Shown here: one piece after another, positions 56,646 to 64,000 of the stretch
Numbering within the stretch: the stretch's first letter is position 1
How the letters are laid out: each line of letters starts with the position of its first letter
Source of the DNA: an uncultured virus (IMG/VR IMGVR_UViG_3300046782_000572)
Taxonomy: Duplodnaviria > Heunggongvirae > Uroviricota > Caudoviricetes
Reading direction: 5' to 3' (one strand)
Length of the DNA stretch: 64,000 nucleotides
Virus record (IMG/VR): IMGVR_UViG_3300046782_000572
Notes under the pieces: generated by a model
Seen by the model: only the letters and a program-made list of their open reading frames with translations
Database searches by the model: none
What the model was told of the DNA's origin: nothing
Made by a program: the position numbers and the translations under genes

Positions 56646-57836
56646 TCACTTCACCCTCCTGATCGCGGCGCGCCGCGCTTTCGCCTGATCGGCAAAAGCC
56701 TGATCGAGCAGGTCGGCGGCCTGATCGGCGAGCGCACGTTGATTGGCGAGCCGCACGTAATAGCTCGCCATCTGATCGGTCTGGTGACCGAGCTGGGCGC
56801 GGATCAGCGGGATCGAGCCGCCGTTGAGCGCCAGCATGATGCCGGTGTTCTTGCGCAGCCCATGCACCGTGTAGTCGCCGGCGTCGATCTCGCGCAGCAC
56901 CCGCTTGATTTGATGCGAGAGCCCGGAACGCGTGTAGGGCTTTCCCCAATGGCTGAGCAGAAGGTGTTCGCCACGCCGCGGGGTGCGCTTCAAGATATCT
57001 TGAAGCATCTTCGGCGCCCGGATGGTGAGCTGTGCCTTGGTTTTTTTCTGCACCACTTGAATGTGGGCGCCATCGTAGTCCGCCCATTTCATCTTGATCA
57101 CGTCGGACACGCGCTGCCCGGTGCACAGCAACAGGTGAAAGGCGAGCGCGAGCTGGTCGGAGCACGCCGCTAAGAAACGCTGCTGCACGTCGGCGGGCCA
57201 ATCCTTGTGCTCCTGGCGGACGCTGTAGGGCTCCGGCACGTCGCCATCGCGCATCGGATTCTTGACGGCGCCAATGTCGATCTCGGGGAGCGTCCTGGCG
57301 AACCTCCACAGGTTCGACAGCAATGCCTTTTGCAACGACGCGCACGACGCCGAACGATGCTTCCGCTTGATGCGGTCGATGTAGAGCGTGGCATTGCGCG
57401 GATTGAGATCGGTCAGCTTGACCGCCGCCATGCCCTCTTCGCGCATCAGGTCGAGCCCTTTGCGGTAGTTGTATTGGGTATCGGCGGCGTAGGGCTTTTC
57501 GATCAAGTCTGGCATGTCTGGCCGCGCAAAGAAATCCGAGCGCAGCCATTGCTCGATCACCCATCCGATTGCTGGCGGCCGATAGACGTCGCGGCCATCG
57601 ATACGCTCGACCAGCTTGGCGGTGTCCGGCCTCGGCCGGATCATGAGCGATGGCCTGCCACCCGGCTTTGGGTTGCCGCCGTGCTTGCCGGCGCCAAGTT
57701 CGCTGATCAGGCGGTCGTATGCGCGAGCGAATTCGATTGAGGATTCGTCATCCGGCAAGCGCTCTATGGTCTTGCCGTTGGCGCGGAAGTAGAGGTGCCC
57801 CGTCTTCAGACGTTGGATGTATTTGCGCTTCGTCAC
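56646..57836 (-). CDS. Tyrosine recombinase/integrase
   Basis: TGQRVSD, QKKT, HGLRK, LGH, YYVR. Confidence 0.92.
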   Translation of the reverse strand: MTKRKYIQRLKTGHLYFRANGKTIERLPDDESSIEFARAYDRLISELGAGKHGGNPKPGGRPSLMIRPRPDTAKLVERIDGRDVYRPPAIGWVIEQWLRSDFFARPDMPDLIEKPYAADTQYNYRKGLDLMREEGMAAVKLTDLNPRNATLYIDRIKRKHRSASCASLQKALLSNLWRFARTLPEIDIGAVKNPMRDGDVPEPYSVRQEHKDWPADVQQRFLAACSDQLALAFHLLLCTGQRVSDVIKMKWADYDGAHIQVVQKKTKAQLTIRAPKMLQDILKRTPRRGEHLLLSHWGKPYTRSGLSHQIKRVLREIDAGDYTVHGLRKNTGIMLALNGGSIPLIRAQLGHQTDQMASYYVRLANQRALADQAADLLDQAFADQAKARRAAIRRVK

Positions 57837-58090
57837 GTGTCCCTCGCTAACAGTTCATCGATCGTGTTGCGCGGCGTTTCCGGTTCCCCCTCGTAATTCT
57901 CGATGAACGCATCGAGCGAGAGACGGTCCCAGAACACCAAGCCTTCGAGCCGCTTCGGCTTCGGCAACCGGCCTCTTTCCACGAGTCGCAGGAACGTGCT
58001 GGTTCCCATGGAAAGGTAGGCTGCCGCTCGGTCGGCCCGCATGGCCCGCGGTGGGTAGGCAAGCGAATCCGCCAGTTTGTGGCCCACCAC
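57833..58090 (-). CDS. Excisionase/AlpA-like protein
   Basis: PPRAMRADRAAAYLSMGTSTFLRLVERGRLPKP. Confidence 0.8.
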   Translation of the reverse strand: MVGHKLADSLAYPPRAMRADRAAAYLSMGTSTFLRLVERGRLPKPKRLEGLVFWDRLSLDAFIENYEGEPETPRNTIDELLARDT

Positions 58091-58134
58091 GCGGCTCCGG
58101 TGTATTAGGTTATTCGTGCAACCCTGACAAGACT

Positions 58135-58317
58135 TTATTTCCGATCAAGGAAACCTGCGACCTCGAACAGCTTCTCTTCGGCGTCCGCAAAGCGCCGGCT
58201 GAGGTCGGCCGGAATGCCCTGGTCCTCATGCGGCGCGGCGTCGATGCACGCCAGGAACGCCGCGCGCGCGTCGCGCCATTCGATCGCGGCATCGAGGAGT
58301 CGTTCGACTTGCGTCAC
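58135..58317 (-). CDS. Hypothetical protein (homologue of 2811-3185 C-terminus)
   Basis: Direct sequence similarity. Confidence 0.7.
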   Translation of the reverse strand: MTQVERLLDAAIEWRDARAAFLACIDAAPHEDQGIPADLSRRFADAEEKLFEVAGFLDRK

Positions 58318-58721
58318 AGCGGGTGCTCCGTCTGCGTCTTTCCGTTCGCCTTGCCCCGCAGTCGCGCGAGCCGCGACGCGGAAATCCGGCTCACTGCCTT
58401 GAGTCGAGCGCGCAACTTAGCGTTCGTCTCAGTCAAATATTTTGCCTCCCGGCTCGCCCAAGTACCCCAAAGGAACTCCCGCAGACTTTCATGCTCTGTG
58501 CGGACAGCGTTTTCCCATTGACCGCAATAATGGCCGGTTGTGACCTCCAACCACGCCGGGTGAAAGGTACAGGTTGCAGCGATATGCCGTTCGGTCTCTC
58601 TGATGAGTCTTCTGGCATCGTAGCGATCGTATTCCTCACCTTCGAACGTTGGTTTCCAGTCCGCCGGTATCTTGAACCTGACGTGCTTGCAGGTCAGACA
58701 GGCTTTGCGTTGTTCAGTCAC
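58314..58721 (-). CDS. Hypothetical Cys-containing protein
   Basis: CLTCKH, CTFHP, HYCGQW; GTGA overlaps. Confidence 0.6.
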   Translation of the reverse strand: MTEQRKACLTCKHVRFKIPADWKPTFEGEEYDRYDARRLIRETERHIAATCTFHPAWLEVTTGHYCGQWENAVRTEHESLREFLWGTWASREAKYLTETNAKLRARLKAVSRISASRLARLRGKANGKTQTEHPL

Positions 58722-58906
58722 AGCTTGCCGATCTTCTCGATGGCGGCGCGCGCAATCTCGCGGGCTTCGTATTTGGTCATTGGCGTCCACGTATGACCAA
58801 ACGGGTCTGGATGCGCACCGCGAAAGCCCTCGACGATGGCCTCCAATGCCTCAAGCAGATCGGGTCCGGCCTTTCTGATGCGCTCAAGCTCTTCTAGGGT
58901 TTTCAT
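58718..58906 (-). CDS. Hypothetical protein (homologue of 3361-3546)
   Basis: Direct sequence similarity. Confidence 0.75.
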   Translation of the reverse strand: MKTLEELERIRKAGPDLLEALEAIVEGFRGAHPDPFGHTWTPMTKYEAREIARAAIEKIGKL

Positions 58907-59401
58907 TCAAATCCCCATGTGCTCGCGCATCACGCGGACCCATTGGGCCGGCGTTGCTTCGTCCGGCATGCCGACTTTCGTCGCGTCGAGAGCCGCCGCC
59001 ATCTTGCGTATCCCGTGCAGGACCGTGGTGTGGTCCCGGCCAAAGCGCCGGCCGATTTCCGGCAAGGTGCGCAACGTCAAATACTTGCACAGCGAAAACG
59101 CGATTTGGCGCGGGGCCACGACATCTTTAGTGCGGCGCACCGATAGCAGCTTGGCTCTTTTCACTTCGAATTCAGTGCAGACCGCCCGCACAATCTCCTC
59201 GACACGCACCGGCAGCAGCGGCGGCTCGATCGGCTCGACAGGCGGCGGCTCAGGCTCGACGCGGCGCTTGACAGGCGGCGGCGGCGGAGTCGTTCCGACC
59301 TCGGAGCGGTGGGCAAAGAAATGGTTTCGGATCGTGGCGTAGCTCGCAATCATCTCTGCCGCGCTGTGGTAGTTCGACACGTGGGCAGGGGTGCATCTCA
59401 T
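58907..59401 (-). CDS. DnaA C-terminal-like HTH protein (homologue of 3659-4189); contains the apparent guide target
   Basis: [39 protein letters not shown]. Confidence 0.82.
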   Translation of the reverse strand: MRCTPAHVSNYHSAAEMIASYATIRNHFFAHRSEVGTTPPPPPVKRRVEPEPPPVEPIEPPLLPVRVEEIVRAVCTEFEVKRAKLLSVRRTKDVVAPRQIAFSLCKYLTLRTLPEIGRRFGRDHTTVLHGIRKMAAALDATKVGMPDEATPAQWVRVMREHMGI

Positions 59402-59601
59402 TGCAGAACCTCCCGTTCGCTTTCGATCTCGGCGACGCGCGCCATCAAGCTCGTCATCGCAGCATCTCGATCCGCGTCGTGATGATGGAGAAACCACGCG
59501 ATCATGGTCGCAAGCATGCCCTCGCGGCCGTCATCGTTGAACGGTGCCAAGATATCGCGCATGACGTCGAGATCGCGATGGACACGGCGTTCCAATTTCA
59601 T
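59398..59601 (-). CDS. Hypothetical protein (homologue of 4192-4392)
   Basis: Direct sequence similarity. Confidence 0.75.
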   Translation of the reverse strand: MKLERRVHRDLDVMRDILAPFNDDGREGMLATMIAWFLHHHDADRDAAMTSLMARVAEIESEREVLQ

Positions 59602-60746
59602 GACGGCATCTCCTTCAAAAACGCGAGCGCGGCCTGGACCTCCTTCGCCATCTCGTCAGTGTCAGCCGCGGTCATCTGAGCGCCGTTGCGCATCGTTCTC
59701 GCGTTCGCCCCGGTCCACCACGTGTCGAGCATCGCGGCATCCGCGGGTTTTGCGGCGGCGATGATCTGGCGCACCAGCAGCTTGAAAGTGTCGACATCCT
59801 TGGGCGGACGCTTCTGCGCCATGCCGATCAGATCCCCGATGGTGGGTTCTGGCTCGGCCTGCGTATGCGACTCTTCGCCGGCGTCGTGTTCGACCACAGT
59901 GCCGTCGCCGGGCCGCGGGTCGCCGGGATCATCACCGCCGCCGGCGCCGAACTGCTCAAGCGCCGCCATCGCGCTGCGCGGCTGGCGTTTGGTGACCTCC
60001 TTGCCGCGCTCTTTCGCGCCCTCGAAATCATACAATTCATCGTCTCGGTGCAAGAGCGCGTCGAGATCACTCGATGATGGGAGTTGCTTTGCGTGCCGGC
60101 GAATGACCGTTTTCTTTGCCATCTCGCCGTAGGTAACGCGGTCGTGCCACGGCCCGCCCTTTTTTGCGCGAGAGAATTTTTGCCTGATCTCCTCGACCTG
60201 GCGGATCGTCATCACTTCGCGCGACAGCGTGCCATCCTTGTACTTGCAGATCGAATAGACGTGTGTGATAGGGCGCTCGGTGCCGCCGGTCAGCGCCGGC
60301 TTATGCATGATATGCGGCTCGTCGCCGAGCTGATAATCGAACATGTCGCCGTCGCGCACCTCGCATGCCCACAGGTCGGCGATCTCGCCAGAGTTGCGTG
60401 CCTTCTTCCGAATGCCGGCGATCATCGGCATGTAGGTGGCTTGGTCGCTGCTTTTGCGTTGACCATCTTCGCCGCTTTCGCCGAAAGGCACGATCGCAGC
60501 CTCGCGGCCGTCAGGCAGCAAGCCGTCTTGTGCGCATTTCATGCAGGAATTGAAAATGCTCTGACGCGTGCAGGCGAGCAGCTTCGCGTTGTTTTGGATT
60601 GCAGTCATCACCACGCGCATAAAACGCTCGACCGGAATGTGAGCGGGCAACGCATAAGAAAACTGCGGCCCCATCTTTTCAAGGTCGCGCCGGAATTGAT
60701 CGAGGACGCTGAGCTGCTTGCCGGCCGGCTTGGTCTGTGTATCCAT
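59598..60746 (-). CDS. recT: RecT-family single-strand annealing protein
   Basis: Homologous to 7002-8180; AQDGLLPDGREAAIVPF, GPW..YGEMAKKTVIRR. Confidence 0.92.
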   Translation of the reverse strand: MDTQTKPAGKQLSVLDQFRRDLEKMGPQFSYALPAHIPVERFMRVVMTAIQNNAKLLACTRQSIFNSCMKCAQDGLLPDGREAAIVPFGESGEDGQRKSSDQATYMPMIAGIRKKARNSGEIADLWACEVRDGDMFDYQLGDEPHIMHKPALTGGTERPITHVYSICKYKDGTLSREVMTIRQVEEIRQKFSRAKKGGPWHDRVTYGEMAKKTVIRRHAKQLPSSSDLDALLHRDDELYDFEGAKERGKEVTKRQPRSAMAALEQFGAGGGDDPGDPRPGDGTVVEHDAGEESHTQAEPEPTIGDLIGMAQKRPPKDVDTFKLLVRQIIAAAKPADAAMLDTWWTGANARTMRNGAQMTAADTDEMAKEVQAALAFLKEMPS

Positions 60747-60807
60747 TTTTTCCCTCCTGTTTGAGTTTTCGACGGTCCAGGCGCATTTGCGCGCCCGCCG
60801 CCTTCTC

Positions 60808-62107
60808 GCCTTGCCTGGACCCGCCTCAACTCGACTTGCCTCGACCCGACAAGCCGGGCCACGCCGGCCTCACCAGACCACGCCGCCCGCGCAGTGCCAC
60901 GCCGTGCCACGCCCCGCATTGCTGTGCCGAGCAACGCCGGCCACGCCATGCCTTGCAGTCCAAGCACTGCCTCGTCGCGCCTTGCCCGGCCGCGCCGGCC
61001 GTGCCCCGCCACGCGCGGCCACGCCATCCCAGGCCTCACCGCGCCGTTCCCCGCCAAGCCGCGCCCCGCCGGCCAAGACCGCCCCGCCCGGCCTTGCCGT
61101 GCCGCGCCGCGCCACCCCCGGCCTCGCCGGCCATGCCACGCCGGACCTTGCGTTGCCGCGACCAGCCAAGCACCGTCCCGCCTCGCCGGCCACGTCTTGC
61201 CGGACCTTGCCCAGCCTCGTCTCGCCACGCACAGCCGCCGACATGCCAAGCCCGCCCCGCCTCGCCTCTGCCGGCCCTCCATGACCCCCGGCCTCGCCGG
61301 CCGCGCCAGCCCACGCCCCGCATCGCCCTGCCGGGCCTTGCCCGGCCGCGCCGGCCAAGCCATGCACCGCCTTTGCCCGTCCCGCATCGCCATGCCCCGC
61401 CGCGCCGGCCCCGCACTGCACGGCCTGGACGCGCGAGGACGCCAAGCCGGCCGCGCCAAGCCCGGCCCCAACCGAGCCGCGCCGGCCTCGCACGCTCCGC
61501 CGGGACTGGCCCACCCCGGCCAAGCCTTGCCACGCCGGCCAAGCCCTGCCTGGGCACGCACTGTTCCGCCGCGCTGTGCCAGACCGTGCCAAGCCAAGCC
61601 GAGCCGGCCCAGCCGGTGCACTGCCGGCCTCGCCAGGACGTGACGGGCCATGCCAGGGTCGGCCGTGCCAGGGCATTTCCCGCCGTGCCTTGTCTGCCGC
61701 CGGCCTCGCCGGCCAAGCCAAGCCGAGCACTGGCAGGCACAGCATCGCGTAGCCGCGCCTCGCTCTGCCGCGCCGCGCCGGGCCGGCCACGCCCTGCCAT
61801 GCCAGGACAGGCCAACGCCATGCCATGACCCGCACGGTCACGCCGGCCTCGCGCGCCATGTCCGATCCGGTCTGGCCACGGCTCGCCCTGCCTCGGCTCG
61901 CCTCGCCTCGCCTGCCGAGCCAGCCCATCCCAGGCCCGGCCATGCCGAACCCGGCATCGCCCTGCCGGGCCACGGCTGGCCTCGCCCGGTCACGCCCGGT
62001 CAGACCATGCCTGCCTTGCCACGCCGGCCATGCCTTGCACCGCCCAGCCTGGACTTGCTCTGCAGGGACCTGCCTCGCCTGCATTGCCTCGCTGGCCATG
62101 CTGCCTC
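60808..62107 (-). ncRNA. ~1.3 kb degenerate (GGY-NN)n array, putative multi-guide array
   Basis: Pentamer periodicity with roughly 20 GCCGGCC phase-shift delimiters; overlapping ORFs here are low-complexity artefacts. Confidence 0.72.
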
Positions 62108-62108
62108 T

Positions 62109-62642
62109 TCACACTGCTTTGCCGCTGGGTCTATCGCCCGGCGGTTTGCGCCGACCGCTGCCGGGAGGCGGCGGCCGTTTTCCACGATCCAGACGTTCCC
62201 GAATTGCGAGAACGTCCGAAAGCAAGGCTTCAAATTCCCTGCTAAGATCGAGCATGTGCGCGACCTGCCGCCCGCGATCGATGCCGGCCTCAAGGCGCAC
62301 AAGCTCGTTTTCGATGATCTGGCGAGCATCCGCACGGCGTTGCGCTGCTTGTGTCAGCGCAACGTAGCCACCGCCGACCGGCGAACGGGGATCGTGAACG
62401 TAGTAGATCGCCGTCGCTGGCCGCTCGTCGATTTCGACAACGACACGAACCTCGCGGATAAGTCGTCGCGCGGTGTCGAGACGGTGCTCGTGCGCCGCGC
62501 TGGCGTCATTCCAGTCGAAATCATCGTGCAGAAGGTGCGATGGTTCGCGCGCCGCCTCGACGACGCGCTCAGGACGCACGACGCCGTCCTTGTCGGCCAG
62601 CTTGGTGATGGCGTGCGCCTTGGAAGCTCGCGAGCGCATCAT
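62109..62642 (-). CDS. Conserved phage protein coupled to the RAMP-like gene (putative accessory factor)
   Basis: PERVVEAAREPSHLLHDDFDWNDASAAHEHRLDTARRLIR; ATGA overlap with 62639-63652. Confidence 0.72.
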   Translation of the reverse strand: MMRSRASKAHAITKLADKDGVVRPERVVEAAREPSHLLHDDFDWNDASAAHEHRLDTARRLIREVRVVVEIDERPATAIYYVHDPRSPVGGGYVALTQAAQRRADARQIIENELVRLEAGIDRGRQVAHMLDLSREFEALLSDVLAIRERLDRGKRPPPPGSGRRKPPGDRPSGKAV

Positions 62643-63652
62643 GCGAACTCACCAATGGCTGGTGGGCGGCGGCCGTTTGCCTTCGCCGCCAGGGCCGCGG
62701 TTTTGCGCGGCCGTCCGGGTTTGCGGCGCTCATTGGATTCGGCTGCGGCGACCAGCTCGGGGACCAGGGATCGCGGCTTCTTGCCTTTTCTCGCGTGCCC
62801 ACTCGCAGACGACGGAACCTCCATCTCGCGGCGCCGCGTCTCGGTTTCGAACCACGCCAACAGCTCTTCCGACTCTTCGTCGTAACATATCGGCGACGCC
62901 AGCGCCGCGTCCTGGGGCTTGCGGCCCATGGTGCGCATGACCTCGGCGAACTGCTTGTCGTGCTCGTTGACCAGCATAAATTGACCGTAAGAGCCGGCTC
63001 CCTTCTCAGGGCGCCAATCGCCGACCCCCATGATGATGCCGCCCGCGCCAGCGAGGTTGGCGACATCGCGTTCCTTGATGAGGCTGCTAACGAAGCGCAC
63101 CGGCAGCACTGCGCACCACTTTTCGATGATCGCGCGGGTGCGAATGTTCGGCGTCTTGTTGATGCCGCCTTCGCGCACCACCGACATGAACAGCTTCGGC
63201 ACGCCATAGATCGGGATATCAACTTCGGGGATGCTGGTGAGCTGGCCCACCGCGGTCTTGGTGGCGCCCGGGATGCGCAGCGCCGCATCGGTGATTGCGC
63301 TCTTGAACGCGCCGGCCGGCATATGCAGGCGCGCCGCGCGGCTGTCGTCGCGAGTGCGATAGACCGACGCCTGAAACTCGGCGACCGGATCATGCTTCAA
63401 CGTCGATTGTTTTTCGGCGTCGTTCTTCTTGCGGTCCGGGAAAAGCAGTTGCTGCCGCGCCTTTTCCGACATGCGGTGCATAATCAGCGGCGTAGTGCCG
63501 AGCAGATAAAACTTAACAAGCCCCATTTTCAATTCCATGATCTCGATACTCTCGGGGAGGGGCTTTTTCCCGGTCGCGAAGGGTTTTCCCGACGACCAAT
63601 CAATTGCATCCGATGTCGATGTCTTCGTTTCAGTCTTTGGCTTGCGTCCCAT
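62639..63652 (-). CDS. Second stand-alone RAMP/Cas7-like (Vipr-like) protein
   Basis: GTTPLIMH, PAGAFKSAITDAA, IRTRAIIEKW, AGGIIMGVGDWRPEKGAGSYGQF: same motif order as 6157-6798. Confidence 0.75.
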   Translation of the reverse strand: MGRKPKTETKTSTSDAIDWSSGKPFATGKKPLPESIEIMELKMGLVKFYLLGTTPLIMHRMSEKARQQLLFPDRKKNDAEKQSTLKHDPVAEFQASVYRTRDDSRAARLHMPAGAFKSAITDAALRIPGATKTAVGQLTSIPEVDIPIYGVPKLFMSVVREGGINKTPNIRTRAIIEKWCAVLPVRFVSSLIKERDVANLAGAGGIIMGVGDWRPEKGAGSYGQFMLVNEHDKQFAEVMRTMGRKPQDAALASPICYDEESEELLAWFETETRRREMEVPSSASGHARKGKKPRSLVPELVAAAESNERRKPGRPRKTAALAAKANGRRPPAIGEFA

Positions 63653-63746
63653 CTGGTTCCTCCTGTGGGGTGCGCGTGATCGAGTCGCCTCACGCTGGCG
63701 TTATTAGCGGGCAGAGGCGCATCACTGCGGCTCTGCCCAACGCGGG

Positions 63747-63811
63747 GCCTAGACATGTCAGGCCGTGACAGGCCAAGCCCCGCCCGGCACCGCCTAGCCT
63801 CGCCACGCATT
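63747..63811 (-). ncRNA. Degenerate 13-unit pentamer tract
   Basis: gcc/gac/gtc/gca-NN units in phase, beginning right at the YqaJ stop. Confidence 0.6.
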
Positions 63812-64000
63812 TCATTCTGCATCCTCCTTAAGCCGCTGCGTTCTCAGCACGCGAAAACTAGTCGCGGCCTGCAGGCGTTCTTTTCTGTGAGCAGTTTTCA
63901 AACTGACGCGCCAACCGTGGATCAGTGCGGCTTCGAAATCGCCGATCTTGTCTTTCAACTCTGTTTCCGCCTCAACCTTGGCGGCTTCAGCCTCTCTGAT
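63812..64000 (-). CDS. YqaJ-like recombinase, 3' end only (partial)
   Basis: Manual translation AETELKDKIGDFEAALIHGWRVSLKT..RVLRT aligns with the C-terminus of 8610-9557. Confidence 0.8.
   Translation of the reverse strand: MREAEAAKVEAETELKDKIGDFEAALIHGWRVSLKTAHRKERLQAATSFRVLRTQRLKEDAE

Larger units (their letters stand above)
56500..64000. mobile_element. Prophage element 2, left arm (truncated by window end)
   Basis: Integrase, Xis and an early operon syntenic with element 1. Confidence 0.85.

Noticed and set aside
61130..61910. Short decoded matches of element 2 array units to integrase, head-tail and other genes
   Set aside because: Only 4-5 consecutive dinucleotides match, expected by chance
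60608..62099. Long overlapping ORFs (250-410 aa) rich in A/R/G/P/W
   Set aside because: Open in nearly all frames on both strands because the pentamer array lacks stop codons; no protein-like content

Overview
High-GC (alphaproteobacterial-looking) window with two related temperate phage elements in tandem. Element 1 (~0.6-56.5 kb) is a near-complete prophage: tyrosine integrase, a leftward early operon (YqaJ/RecT, HTH genes), rightward replication/methylase genes, a ParB-glycosyltransferase-SqdB-epimerase block, a lambda-like head, a Mu-like contractile tail, fibres and lysis genes. Element 2 (56.5 kb to the window end, truncated) starts with its own integrase/Xis and a syntenic early operon. 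Each early operon carries a stand-alone RAMP/Cas7-like gene (6157-6798 and 62639-63652) flanked by non-coding pentamer tracts that read (GGY-NN)n on the coding strand. Reading only the variable NN dinucleotides of tract 3574-3653 gives codon positions 1-2 of 14 consecutive codons (27/28 nt) of the DnaA-C-like gene of element 2 (58928-58969), while element 1's own homologue matches only 20/28. This points to a phage-versus-phage RNA-guided system that uses a gapped (NN-skip-one) code, with guide and apparent target in the same window. It resembles what I recall being described as VIPR systems; I could not verify that here. All annotation is by eye from motifs and synteny, with no database searches.
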